Origin: an uncultured bacterium
Lineage (GTDB): Bacteria; Krumholzibacteriota; Krumholzibacteriia; LZORAL124-64-63
Reading direction: 5' to 3'
NCBI GenBank assembly: GCA_903912525.1
Contig: CAIWHK010000007.1
Span: 22,563-86,562, forward strand
DNA length: 64,000 nucleotides
The notes under the pieces are model-generated. The model searched no databases and was not told the origin of the DNA. It saw only the letters and a list, made by a program, of their open reading frames with translations. This document shows positions 29,378 through 38,645 of the stretch, in pieces. Both the position numbers and the translations under genes were made by a program. Each line of letters begins with the position of its first letter. The first letter of the stretch is position 1.

Positions 29378-30204
29378 TGAAGTCGGGCATCGGACGAATA
29401 GAAGCCCTATTGCTGGCCTACCTGCAGTTGCGGGGCATGAGGCTCGTCGAAGCCGGCGAGCTCGGGGAGCCCTTGCAACTGACGGCCGCCCAGGAGTGCG
29501 ACGCCCTGCGCCGGTTGGCGCGCGGCGGGCTGATCGCACGGGTGCGCCCTGGGCTGTACCTCGTTCCTGACCGGTTGCCGCTCGGCGGGGCCTGGACCCC
29601 GGACGAGGCGCTGGCGATCTCCTCGCTCATGGCCGATTGCGGCGGCACCTACCAGGTATGCGGCCCGAACGCCTTCCGTCGCCATGGCTTTTCTGACCAG
29701 GTGCCGATGCGGGTCTATGCCTACAACGACCGCATCTCCGGCGAGCGGACAATCGGCGCCGTCGCCTTGACGCTGATCAAGGTCAACGCGAAGCGTCTCG
29801 GCGATGTCGAAACGTTGCGCGGCGTTGACGGCGGCGAAATGGTCTATGCGTCGCGCGCGCGGACATTGGTCGACGCCGTATACGACTGGTCCCGCTTCAA
29901 CAGCCTGCCCCGCGCCTATGCGTGGATCCTCGACGATCTCGATGCCGGCCGCGTCGATCCGGCACGGCTGGTGCGTACAGCCCTCCGATTCGGGGACCTC
30001 GGCACACGCCGCCGCCTGGGCGTGCTGCTCGAGAGGGCCGGCGCACCGGAGAGCACGCTGGCGCGGCTCGAACGATCGCTGACGCCCTCATCGAGCCTGA
30101 TTCCGTGGATTCCCAGCCGCCCCAAGCGGGGCACAGTCAGCCGGCGCTGGGGGGTCCTGGTCAATGGACAGGTTGGCGAGTGGGGCGATACGGATCCTGG
30201 ATGA
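29378..30204 (+). CDS. AbiEi-family antitoxin / COG5340 transcriptional regulator (type IV TA)
   Basis: Probable TTG start after AAGGAG. N-terminal winged-helix-like region and C-terminal GAVALTLIKVNAKRLGDVETLRGVDGGEMVYASRARTLVDAVYDW typical of AbiEi. Its 3' end overlaps the AbiEii gene by 41 nt. Confidence 0.6.
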
Positions 30205-31081
30205 CCCGGCCCATTTCCGGAGCGCCGTTAACTATACGGCGGCAGTCACGGCGTTCCCTGTGGCACCCATCGAGAAGGACTTCTTCTGCACCCTTCTTCT
30301 GGAGCACCTGGCACGCAACGAACCTGACCTCGTCTTCAAGGGCGGAACCGCCCTGGCGAAAGTCCACGCTGGATTCTACCGATTGAGCGAGGACCTGGAC
30401 TTCACCCTTCCGATGCCGCTTGATTCCCCACGCTCGGCCCGCAGGCGGCGCATGGCCGGCATCCGTCGCGCGCTGGAAGGCATCGGCCGCGAATTGGCCG
30501 TCTTCCATTTGGCTGAGCCCCTGCGTGGCGCCAACAACTCGTCCCAATACTCGGCCACGGTCCGGTACCAGTCGCCATGCCTCGGATCGAGCGAAGACAT
30601 CAGACTCGACATATCCCTGAGGGAGCCACTGCTGACTCCCATCTATGCCGGGGCTGCGCAGACCATACTCCGCAACCCTGTCAATGGCAGCCGCATCATT
30701 CGCGATGTGCGCATCCCGTGCCTGTCGTGGCAGGAGTCGTGGGCCGAAAAGTTCCGCGCAGCGCTTTCGCGCCGGGATGTGGCCATTCGCGATTTCTACG
30801 ACATCGATGTTGCCGTCAGGCGGTGGAACCTGGACTCAGGCGCCGACGGGTTCGTCGCACTCGTACACCGGAAGCTATCGACTCCCGGATTCGAAAGACT
30901 GGAGCTTTCGTCGACGCGCCTGCGGTGCCTGAGAGCCCAGATCGACACGGAACTGCGACCCGTGCTCAGGCCCGTTGACTTCGAACCCTTCGACATGGAC
31001 AGGGCCGTCGACATCGTTGACGAGATGGCGAGGCGGATCCGCAAGATCGGACGCCAACGCCCAACCACCGGCACGGGATGA
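30164..31081 (+). CDS. AbiEii-family nucleotidyltransferase toxin (DUF1814), type IV TA
   Basis: EKDFFCTLLLEHLA...LVFKGGTALAKV...RLSEDLDF, the hallmark of AbiEii/DUF1814. The stop codon lies inside the REP copy at 31080-31099. Confidence 0.75.
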   Translation: MDRLASGAIRILDDPAHFRSAVNYTAAVTAFPVAPIEKDFFCTLLLEHLARNEPDLVFKGGTALAKVHAGFYRLSEDLDFTLPMPLDSPRSARRRRMAGIRRALEGIGRELAVFHLAEPLRGANNSSQYSATVRYQSPCLGSSEDIRLDISLREPLLTPIYAGAAQTILRNPVNGSRIIRDVRIPCLSWQESWAEKFRAALSRRDVAIRDFYDIDVAVRRWNLDSGADGFVALVHRKLSTPGFERLELSSTRLRCLRAQIDTELRPVLRPVDFEPFDMDRAVDIVDEMARRIRKIGRQRPTTGTG

Positions 31082-31099
31082 GTTGCGCCGGCGCAAGTC
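31080..31099. repeat. REP-like palindrome GAGTTGCGCCGGCGCAAGTC
   Basis: Overlaps the AbiEii stop codon; sits between convergent genes. Confidence 0.8.
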
Positions 31100-31113
31100 A
31101 GCCCAACGCCCCC

Positions 31114-31983
31114 CTACCCCACCGCCACCCCATACAGGCGCATCACCTCGTCAAAATCCGCCATCGACTTCGCCACATCCTCGAAGTCATCGACCATCCC
31201 CCAGTAGCAGGCGATCGACCCGCGGTCCTCGATCGCGATGCCGCCGTGGGCACGGATGTCGGCCAGGAGTTCGTCGCGCCCCTTGGCGAGGTAGCCGACG
31301 AGTTCCGAGTGGTCCAGCGCGGCCTCCTCCCTGACGAACCAGGCATCAACCGAGGATGGCGACAGAAGGTGGTTGATCCCGCCGGTGGCGTCGGGGCGCC
31401 TGAGGATCTCGTCCCCGATCAACTCTTCGAGGTCACCCTCGTCGATCGTGTCGTCGTCCTCGATCGGGCGATCGCCACGCCACGAGAGGCCGGCCCAGGC
31501 GGCGTCGAGGGCGGCGAGGAACTCGGGGTCCTCGCTGCGATCGTATTCCTCATCGGGATCCGGCTTGCCGGCCTGGCGGCGGTCGTACAGGTAGTCGTCC
31601 CAGAACGGTTCCTCGTACTCGTCCTTGTCCCTGTACTCGGCCCGGTCGTCCATGGCATCCGCCAGGCTGGCGGCGACGCCCGGCGCGATGGCGCGATATT
31701 CGGCGAGCGTGCCCGTGAAGCCGAACGAGGCCGCTTCCGCGGCGGTCTCGATGACATCGCCCAGCGTCGCGAACGCCAACCGGCCGGGGTTGCACGGATC
31801 GACGCTCCACAGCACGACGCTGCTGTCCTTCTCGACAGGGCCGGTCAGGCACTCCTGCTGCGCCTGGAGGTGCTCGAGCAGGGCGGCGGCCAGGTGCTTC
31901 ACCGGTTCGTGGATTTCGGTCCGGGTAGCGAAATCGGCGAGCGTCTGCCGGGCGGCGGCGCGGGACTCATCTCTTGACGGCAT
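31114..31983 (-). CDS. Acidic hypothetical protein, paralog 1 of a three-member family (DPCNxG N-motif, G-x-IxD...WG...EDV C-motif)
   Basis: GAGGAGG RBS; pI clearly acidic; motifs LWSVDPCNPGRLAFATLGD and GGIAIEDRGSIACYWGMVDDFEDV shared with 32026-32802 and 33625-34719. Confidence 0.5.
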   Translation of the reverse strand: MPSRDESRAAARQTLADFATRTEIHEPVKHLAAALLEHLQAQQECLTGPVEKDSSVVLWSVDPCNPGRLAFATLGDVIETAAEAASFGFTGTLAEYRAIAPGVAASLADAMDDRAEYRDKDEYEEPFWDDYLYDRRQAGKPDPDEEYDRSEDPEFLAALDAAWAGLSWRGDRPIEDDDTIDEGDLEELIGDEILRRPDATGGINHLLSPSSVDAWFVREEAALDHSELVGYLAKGRDELLADIRAHGGIAIEDRGSIACYWGMVDDFEDVAKSMADFDEVMRLYGVAVG

Positions 31984-32025
31984 CACGGCCTCCTCATGCG
32001 AGTGATCCGCGCGTGCGCGGCGAAC

Positions 32026-32802
32026 CTAGTCATCTTCTTCATCGCCGATCGAGGCCATGGCGGCTTCCTGCAGGGCGCGCTCGGCGTCCTCGTGCGCGGC
32101 CAGGCGCCGATGGACTTCATTCACGTCCACCGTGAACCCCCAGAAGCACTCGAGCAGGACATCGTCGCGGATCATGGTGCAGCCGAACCGCGTGAAGCAT
32201 GCAACGATGGCGTCGTGGTCCTTGGACCTGAATGCGAGATTAGGCTCCATGTCGCAAGAGGTGTCCTGCCATTCGCCATAGGCGTTGGCGACGATGGGCG
32301 GGACGCCCTCCTCCATCGCCCTCATGGGGCAGTAGAGGTGGAGGTATCCCTCTTCTTCGTATTCGTATAGGTCTCCCAGGCAGATCTCGTCCTCGTCCAG
32401 CGGGCCGCGGCCGAGCGGAAACGGGATATCGGCGTACTCGGCGCGCAACTCGGCCTCGGTCAGCGTCGCGCGCAGTTCGTCGACGTCGAGGTCGTCACAG
32501 TAGGCGGCATCGTGCGCAGCATCGTTCAGTTCGCCATTTGCGAACGCATCGAAATCCGGGTAGCACGCTATGAAGGACAGTTCCTCGCGCAGGTCGTCGG
32601 CCTCGCACCCGCCCAGTTCGGTGAAACGCCCCCAGGTCCCTGCGGATTCGGCCGCGGCGAAGAAAGGGGCCCACAACGACATCTCGTCGAACGGGACGAA
32701 CACCAGGCCGCCATTGCACGGGTCCGCGCCGTAGATGAAGACCTCGGCCATGGGATCCGGACGACGGGCGGGGCCGTTGCCCGAAAAGTGGCGCACGCTC
32801 AT
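32026..32802 (-). CDS. Acidic hypothetical protein, paralog 2
   Basis: Start MSVRHF overlaps the stop of the upstream gene (ATGA). IYGADPCNGGLVFVPFDE and GCTMIRDDVLLECFWGFTVDVNEV motifs. Confidence 0.5.
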   Translation of the reverse strand: MSVRHFSGNGPARRPDPMAEVFIYGADPCNGGLVFVPFDEMSLWAPFFAAAESAGTWGRFTELGGCEADDLREELSFIACYPDFDAFANGELNDAAHDAAYCDDLDVDELRATLTEAELRAEYADIPFPLGRGPLDEDEICLGDLYEYEEEGYLHLYCPMRAMEEGVPPIVANAYGEWQDTSCDMEPNLAFRSKDHDAIVACFTRFGCTMIRDDVLLECFWGFTVDVNEVHRRLAAHEDAERALQEAAMASIGDEEDD

Positions 32803-33623
32803 CGGCGACTCCCCTCGACAACGGCAGTCCGCACATCCTCGCACGCGAACCGCAGGAAGTCGTGCACATGGGCCAGCAGCGGATGATCCGGACCGCCCAC
32901 CGGCACCAGCGTCCGGTTGACCTCGACCATCAGCGAGCGCGTGTCGTTGACGTGCGGCGGCAGGTCGCCGGGCACGAAGGAACCCGCGAACGGCCGGTTG
33001 TGGTCGATGAGGCCCGGCGCGCCCGCGGCGCGACCCGTCCACCACGCCAGCCAGTTGCGCGGCGCGTGGACCTCGTCGTAGCCGAGGCAATACCATGGCC
33101 GCGAGCCGCCGTCCGTCTCGTAGGGCAGCGGCGCCTGGGGAAACGAGTGCAGGTCGATGATGTGGACCGGCGCGTCGAAGCGCTCGCGCAGTTCGACGAC
33201 CAGGTCGCGCATGGCGCGGTGGTACGGGTGGTAGAACTCGTCCATGCGCTCGGCGCGGTCGTCGGCGTCCCAGTTGCGCCGGCGCAAGCGGCGGCCGTCG
33301 TGCGCGTGCACATAGATGGCGCCCATGCCCCAGACGGCGGCGATCTCGTCGGCGTCGGCGGCGTATCGCTCGGGGTCCATCACGACACGGCAGACGTTGT
33401 TGACCACGACGTGGGCGCCGAGCGCCACCAGGGGCAGCGCCAGGCGGTCGGTGTCGTGGTCGACGAGGGCCTCGATCACTTCGCGGAGCTCTGCGTCGGT
33501 CAGCACGAAGTCGCCACGGCAGTGCAGGGGCACGAAGCGCGAGGCGTGGGGCACGTGGATGATGATCGGCAGCGCCACTGCCGGGTCGGGACGATGGATG
33601 GTAAGCCAGGCGTTGTCGCCCAT
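32799..33623 (-). CDS. N-formylglutamate amidohydrolase (FGase, PF05013-like) fold protein with in-frame REP-derived insertion
   Basis: IIIHVPHAS motif typical of the FGase family. A REP copy at 33271-33290 encodes the RRLRRRNW insert. Confidence 0.6.
   Translation of the reverse strand: MGDNAWLTIHRPDPAVALPIIIHVPHASRFVPLHCRGDFVLTDAELREVIEALVDHDTDRLALPLVALGAHVVVNNVCRVVMDPERYAADADEIAAVWGMGAIYVHAHDGRRLRRRNWDADDRAERMDEFYHPYHRAMRDLVVELRERFDAPVHIIDLHSFPQAPLPYETDGGSRPWYCLGYDEVHAPRNWLAWWTGRAAGAPGLIDHNRPFAGSFVPGDLPPHVNDTRSLMVEVNRTLVPVGGPDHPLLAHVHDFLRFACEDVRTAVVEGSRR
33271..33290. repeat. REP-like palindrome variant CAGTTGCGCCGGCGCAAGCG, in-frame inside the FGase-fold gene
   Basis: Encodes RRLRRRNW on the minus strand. 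Confidence 0.65.
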
Positions 33624-33624
33624 C

Positions 33625-34719
33625 TCAGAATCCCCCTTCGTCGTCATCGTCCTCTTCCTCTTCCCACTCCTCGTCTTCCTCGAGGTCAGGGTCCTTCAAG
33701 TCGTCGAGCACGCTGGCGCAGCCCGGTGACGGGTCGGCCGGGGTGATCAGTTCCAGCTCGGCCCTGAACTCGGCCTCGCGCGCCCGGTATGCCTTGCACT
33801 TGGCGATCACGTCCTCGTAGCTCTTGAAGGTGCCGAAGAACGCGCGGATCGCGTCGTCGTCACGGATGGTCAGGTAGCCCAGGCGACGGAACGCCGCCTG
33901 GAGCAGCGAGCTGCTGACTTCGTCGTACGAGGCGAACGGGCCGTTGCAGCTCATGTCATAGAACGAACCGGCGTACTTGTCCTCGATGAGCGAGGGCATC
34001 GACGAACTCATGGCCGTCTCGGGGCGGTACAGCCAAATCTTCCCGTCCCAGATGGCCTGCGACATGTCCAGCTCGTTGATCTCGTCGGTCGGCTGCGGCG
34101 GGCGGTCGCCGAAGCAGCTGAGCGCCTCCCACCGCGCGCGCAGGACCTCTTCCGTGGGCCGGACGGCCGGCGGCGTCCACTCGCACTTGTCATCGTCGTC
34201 CCACTCGTCATCGCACGGGCGCTCGGCCGGATCGCCCTTCTTCAGGAACTCGCTGCGGAACGAGCGAAAGGTCTTCCACCGCGCCGCCTCGCGAAGCGTG
34301 GCCTTGAGCGCCACCGCCCGCTTGCGGTCCAGCTTGGCGTAGCCCGCCCACGTCTTGCCCGCGGCGATGGCGGCCCACGCCGGCAGGTAGGCCAGCAGGT
34401 CGTCCAACGGGACGTAGAGCTGGGAGTCGCCGTGGTCGTAGCCCCAGACGTAGACCATCTCGAGCGGACTGACGACCGTCGGCACACCGCGCAGCGGCTG
34501 CTCCTGTCCGCTGGCCTTCTCGACGAGCTGCCGTACTTCGCGCCAGGGCTTGCAGCCGAGGTTCCCGAAGTAGGCGGCGCGCGCGTGGGCACGGCGTTCC
34601 TCGGGCGTGAGCTGCTCGAAATCGATTTCGGGCGCTACTGCCTTCTTGGCCGACGGGGTCGTCTTGCCAGTGGTCGTCTTGCCAGTGGCCTTCTTGCGAG
34701 CGGTCGTCTTGGTAGCCAT
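33625..34719 (-). CDS. Hypothetical protein with Lys/Thr/Ala-rich basic N-terminal tail and acidic C-terminus; paralog 3 of the acidic family
   Basis: AAGGGAGA RBS; N-terminus MATKTTARKKATGKTTTGKTT; C-terminus SCNGPFASYDE...GYLTIRDDDAIRAFFGTFKSYEDV...EEDEEWEEEEDDDDEGGF. Confidence 0.5.
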   Translation of the reverse strand: MATKTTARKKATGKTTTGKTTPSAKKAVAPEIDFEQLTPEERRAHARAAYFGNLGCKPWREVRQLVEKASGQEQPLRGVPTVVSPLEMVYVWGYDHGDSQLYVPLDDLLAYLPAWAAIAAGKTWAGYAKLDRKRAVALKATLREAARWKTFRSFRSEFLKKGDPAERPCDDEWDDDDKCEWTPPAVRPTEEVLRARWEALSCFGDRPPQPTDEINELDMSQAIWDGKIWLYRPETAMSSSMPSLIEDKYAGSFYDMSCNGPFASYDEVSSSLLQAAFRRLGYLTIRDDDAIRAFFGTFKSYEDVIAKCKAYRAREAEFRAELELITPADPSPGCASVLDDLKDPDLEEDEEWEEEEDDDDEGGF

Positions 34720-34834
34720 GATCTTGTCTCCCTTGCGTTTGCGGCCGGAGCCGATGGTTGATCCAACCCGGCGCCGTCACGGCGCTATTCATACCAGAGG
34801 GCCGTTCCGTCCCGCGGAACGGCTCCGCACTTCC

Positions 34835-36271
34835 CTACCCTCCCTCAGCGAGCCGCGGCAGCGGCACGACCTCCTTCCCGAGGACGCCGGCCAGGTCGCG
34901 GTCGTAGCTCCCCGCCAGCAGCACCACGCATTGCAGGCGCCGTTCGCGCAGTTCGCGCCGATGCTCTTCCGGCACGCTCCCGACGTACCCGTCGGTGATG
35001 ACCACGGCGCGCCGGACACCCTCGGCCAACATGTGCGCCGAGACGCAACGGATGTCCGTGCCCCCGTCGCCGACGACCTTGCGGGCGACCAGCTCGGCGG
35101 GTGAGATGTCGTGCAGCGTGGTGCTGAACAGGTGGATGCGCGGGTAAAGCAACGCGCGCAGCGGCGCCAGGGCGCCGTAGAGCAGGGCAATGACGCCCGC
35201 CATGCTGCCGCTGACGTCCAGGTACACGTGCACGAGGCTGCCGGGGTCGGGCTCGCGTTCGCGCCGCACGGCGCGGAACACGATCGGCGCCGCGCCGAAG
35301 GCCTCGCGCACGCCGGCGCGGCGGTCGGCCACGGTGCGGAACGGCAGCGCGGACTCGACGTCCACGTCACGCGCGCCCCGAGACGGCGCAGAACCCGGCT
35401 GGTCGCCCGCAACCCGCAGCAGTGCCCCGCGGATCACGCGGACGACGTCGCGCCGCGCCTCGCGCGCCTCGACGAACGCCGCGCCGGGATCACCGCCCTG
35501 GCCCCGGTCGACGCCGACGCCGCGCGCGGCCAACGTGACCTCGGCCGGCCAGTGGGCGACGACGCGGCGCAGGGTTTCGAGCAGGGCGGGATCGACCCCG
35601 CCGCCCTCATCGTCGCCCGGCGGACCGACGTCGTGGCTGCCCAGCAGCGGCGGCAATTCAAGCGACGCCTTCGCGCGACCCCGACGGCGGCGGCACCCGA
35701 GCGACTCCTCGAGCACCTCGACGAGGTCCGCATGCGTGACGGTGTCGCCCGCATACAGCGCGCGATGGGCGACGAGCGCCTTGCCCGTCATCCGCCACGA
35801 CTCGTTCGCGGTGCGCCAGCCGACGGGCGGGCGCAGCAGCGCCTCGGGGAAGCGGGCGTCCGCGTACAGTTCGCGAAACAGCGCCGTGTACGCCGGTCGG
35901 GGTAATGCGCGGCACAGCTGGGCGTTGACCAGGGCGTCGAAGATGAAGTTCCGCGCCGGCGTCGTGCGCGGGTACAGGCGCGTGTGGCCGAGCACGATGT
36001 GGTTGAGCTCGTGCAGCACGAGCATCACCAGGGCCGCGTCGGTGCGGCAATGCCGCGCCACGAAGTCCGGATTCAACAACAGGCGTGAGCGGGCGCCCGA
36101 GGTCACGGCCGCCGTCGCCACGTCGCGGTTGACCTCCACGTCCAGCAGGCCCAGCAGCTTCGCAAACTCGAGGTGCGAGGCAGGGACCGTTTCGGCGATG
36201 CGCTCGGCAAGGGTGGCCGAGAGGGCGCGATCGACGGCACGGTCGGCAGCATGGTCAATGGCGGTCGTCAT
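34835..36271 (-). CDS. Putative HExxH metallopeptidase plus vWA-like domain protein (DUF2201-type MoxR partner)
   Basis: Start MTTAIDHA overlaps the upstream stop (ATGA). LVLHELNHIVLGH zinc-peptidase motif; VHVYLDVSGSMAG vWA-like MIDAS. Confidence 0.6.
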   Translation of the reverse strand: MTTAIDHAADRAVDRALSATLAERIAETVPASHLEFAKLLGLLDVEVNRDVATAAVTSGARSRLLLNPDFVARHCRTDAALVMLVLHELNHIVLGHTRLYPRTTPARNFIFDALVNAQLCRALPRPAYTALFRELYADARFPEALLRPPVGWRTANESWRMTGKALVAHRALYAGDTVTHADLVEVLEESLGCRRRRGRAKASLELPPLLGSHDVGPPGDDEGGGVDPALLETLRRVVAHWPAEVTLAARGVGVDRGQGGDPGAAFVEAREARRDVVRVIRGALLRVAGDQPGSAPSRGARDVDVESALPFRTVADRRAGVREAFGAAPIVFRAVRREREPDPGSLVHVYLDVSGSMAGVIALLYGALAPLRALLYPRIHLFSTTLHDISPAELVARKVVGDGGTDIRCVSAHMLAEGVRRAVVITDGYVGSVPEEHRRELRERRLQCVVLLAGSYDRDLAGVLGKEVVPLPRLAEGG

Positions 36272-36813
36272 GCCGGCACCTCCCCCGCGCCGGGCGCCGC
36301 GTAGAACGCGAAGGCCATCCGGGGAGTCCGCATCACGGCCGTGCCCGGCGCGCGCCGCCGGATGAACACGGAGCCGGACACGCGCGACAGCAGGGCCAGC
36401 GCACGCGCCGGGTCCGCCTCGAAGCCCTGTTCGTGGACGCCGTCCACCGGGATGCGGCGCACGATGGCGAATGGCGGCAATCCCAGCGCCACGGGATCCA
36501 GGCGCCCGAGCATTTCCTCCAGCCGGTCGGACAACTCGTCGTCGGGGCACGGGTACAGCTCGATGTCGGCATCACGACGGCCGAGCACCGCGTCCTGGGC
36601 CAGCGCCACCAGCCGCACCAGGCGCAGGTGCGCATCGCGCTCCCACTCGCGTTCGAACGGGCGCCCGAGCAGGAGCGGGTACGGGTCGACAAACGAGAAC
36701 AGCCGCAGCGACGGAACGGGCGCCGCCACACCGCTCCGCAGCGCCACAGCGCCGACAGTGCGCGCCGGGTCGAACGGGCGGCACCTGACCTTGATGGAGC
36801 GCGAGGTGCTCAT
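36268..36813 (-). CDS. Hypothetical protein (181 aa) between the MoxR ATPase and the metallopeptidase-vWA gene
   Basis: ATGA overlaps on both sides indicate translational coupling; no recognisable domain. Confidence 0.45.
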   Translation of the reverse strand: MSTSRSIKVRCRPFDPARTVGAVALRSGVAAPVPSLRLFSFVDPYPLLLGRPFEREWERDAHLRLVRLVALAQDAVLGRRDADIELYPCPDDELSDRLEEMLGRLDPVALGLPPFAIVRRIPVDGVHEQGFEADPARALALLSRVSGSVFIRRRAPGTAVMRTPRMAFAFYAAPGAGEVPA

Positions 36814-38276
36814 GCCGCCTCCCCGTCCGCTGCCGGATGCAGCAACTCGTGCCACTCGCGGTAGCAGGCGACCACCCGTGCCGCGTCCAGGCCCGTCGCA
36901 TCGTCCAGGAACGCCGCGTAGAGCAGGTTGCCGATCTCGCCGAGTTGCGGCTCGCCCTCCTTCGACAGGCGGTCGATGGTGGCGCACACGTTATCCCATG
37001 CATTGGCGTGCGCGCGCGGCACTGTGCGGGTGACCTTGCCACCGCCCGCAAATGCGAGCACCGGCTCGACCAGCACCGCCAATTGCTCGCAGGCCTCGGC
37101 GGTCAGCAGATCCTCGCGCGTGAACCGCGAGGCCAGCACCAGCGCCAGCACACGGCGTCCGTTCGGCGTCTGCGAGGCCAGGGCATCGAGCACGAGCTGG
37201 CTGACCTGCGTGCGCGTCGACTCGCCGGGCTCCGCGCGCAACGCGATGGCGACGCGGCGCACCGGGTCGGCCTCGCCGCGGATGTCGCGCCAGGTGGCGC
37301 CGTCGATTGCGCGCGCCGCGTGGTCGGCCAGGCGGTGGGCCGCCTTCAACGCGGCGTCATCGATCACGCGGCCGAGCGCGCGCTGAGGCAGACCCCAGCG
37401 CAGCGCGGTGTACGCCGACTGCGGCAGCGAACTGCGCACCCCGAGCGCCAGGTGGGCCGCGTGCACGGCCAGCGCCGACGAGGCCAGCGCGACCGCGCGG
37501 CGCCCGCTGATGTCGAGCCCCATCTGGTGCAGCGGCACGATGAGCCCCTGCACCCAGGCCGCGGCCCAGGCGCGCTGGCCCTCGGTCAGCTCCGCCAGGC
37601 GCGCGCGGGCTGTGGCGACCAGCGCGGGCAGGCCGGCATCGCCGTCAGGCGCGGTGCCGCCCTGCGCGATGATCGCCGTGCGATCGGCCACCGACAGGTC
37701 CAGCAGGCGCGGGACGGTCACCACGTACGGGAACCGATCGGCGAGCGCCGGGTCGAGCGGCACCGAGCCGGAATAGGCATCGCCCTCGACCGTGCCGTCG
37801 TCGAGCGCCGGCGGGTTCATCGCGGCCCACCGATACCTCAGGTTTACCAGCGGCAACCCCTGCACGCGCCGCTCGTGAATCACCGCGAACAGCTTGTTCT
37901 GCGTCTCGGGGCGGCAGCGCGAGATCTCGTCGAGGAACACCGACTCGGCGCCCCACAGGTCGCCCGGCGTGCGCAGCCACGAGAGAGCGTCGCGCGCCTC
38001 ATTGGGCACGGGGTAGCCGAGCAGGTCGTCAAAGCTGATGAGGCTGGCGTTGAAGTGGCGGTGCTCGAGGCGCAGCGCCGCGGCAAGCCGGTTGAGCAGC
38101 TCGCTCTTGGCGGTGCCGTGCGCGCCGATCAGGAGCAGCGGGCGCTCGTCGGTGAGCGCCGCCAGGATGACGGCATCGAGGTGGTCGAGTCCGAAGATGT
38201 TCAGGCGTCGCAGCAGGTGGTTGTTGCCGGACGTATCGGATGGGGCTGCAATATCGGCGTGGCTTGCGTTGGGCAT
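36810..38276 (-). CDS. MoxR-like AAA+ ATPase
   Basis: Walker A LLLIGAHGTAKSEL; Walker B VFLDEISRC; sensor/arginine-finger region typical of the MoxR/RavA family; GGGAGGTG RBS. Confidence 0.7.
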   Translation of the reverse strand: MPNASHADIAAPSDTSGNNHLLRRLNIFGLDHLDAVILAALTDERPLLLIGAHGTAKSELLNRLAAALRLEHRHFNASLISFDDLLGYPVPNEARDALSWLRTPGDLWGAESVFLDEISRCRPETQNKLFAVIHERRVQGLPLVNLRYRWAAMNPPALDDGTVEGDAYSGSVPLDPALADRFPYVVTVPRLLDLSVADRTAIIAQGGTAPDGDAGLPALVATARARLAELTEGQRAWAAAWVQGLIVPLHQMGLDISGRRAVALASSALAVHAAHLALGVRSSLPQSAYTALRWGLPQRALGRVIDDAALKAAHRLADHAARAIDGATWRDIRGEADPVRRVAIALRAEPGESTRTQVSQLVLDALASQTPNGRRVLALVLASRFTREDLLTAEACEQLAVLVEPVLAFAGGGKVTRTVPRAHANAWDNVCATIDRLSKEGEPQLGEIGNLLYAAFLDDATGLDAARVVACYREWHELLHPAADGEAA

Positions 38277-38437
38277 GCCGCACCTCCCGTTTCCCCCAAT
38301 GGCCGCCCGTGCGGCCAGGCTCCGGGGGCAGGGAGCGCGGCCGACGCTTTAGCAGCATTTGTTTAGGCCGCCCTGCAAGCTGTCAGGGTCAAATCGGCGG
38401 CCCCCGGCAAATGCCGGGAAGAGAAAAGTGCCGGGCA

Positions 38438-38472
38438 AAGAAAAAGCCTGCTTCCAATGGCTGAAGCAGGCA
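38438..38472 (-). terminator. Rho-independent terminator (minus strand) upstream of the MoxR operon
   Basis: Perfect 9-bp stem GCCTGCTTC-N9-GAAGCAGGC followed on the minus strand by TTTTTCTT. Confidence 0.45.
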
Positions 38473-38614
38473 GCGCGCGATCATGTCGCGTTCGGCCTCG
38501 CTTTAGCCTGATTTGTATCGCGCCGGCAAGCTGAGGTCAAAGAGGCGCGTTTGAATATTATCGGCGCGATGGGGTGTTTGGTCAAGAGGTATTTCGCAAG
38601 TTTGTTGCGTGGGT

Positions 38615-38634
38615 GAGTTGCGCCGGCGCAAGTC
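38615..38634. repeat. REP-like palindrome GAGTTGCGCCGGCGCAAGTC
   Basis: Intergenic, next to the 38646 remnant ORF. Confidence 0.8.
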
Positions 38635-38645
38635 CGGCACGCAAT

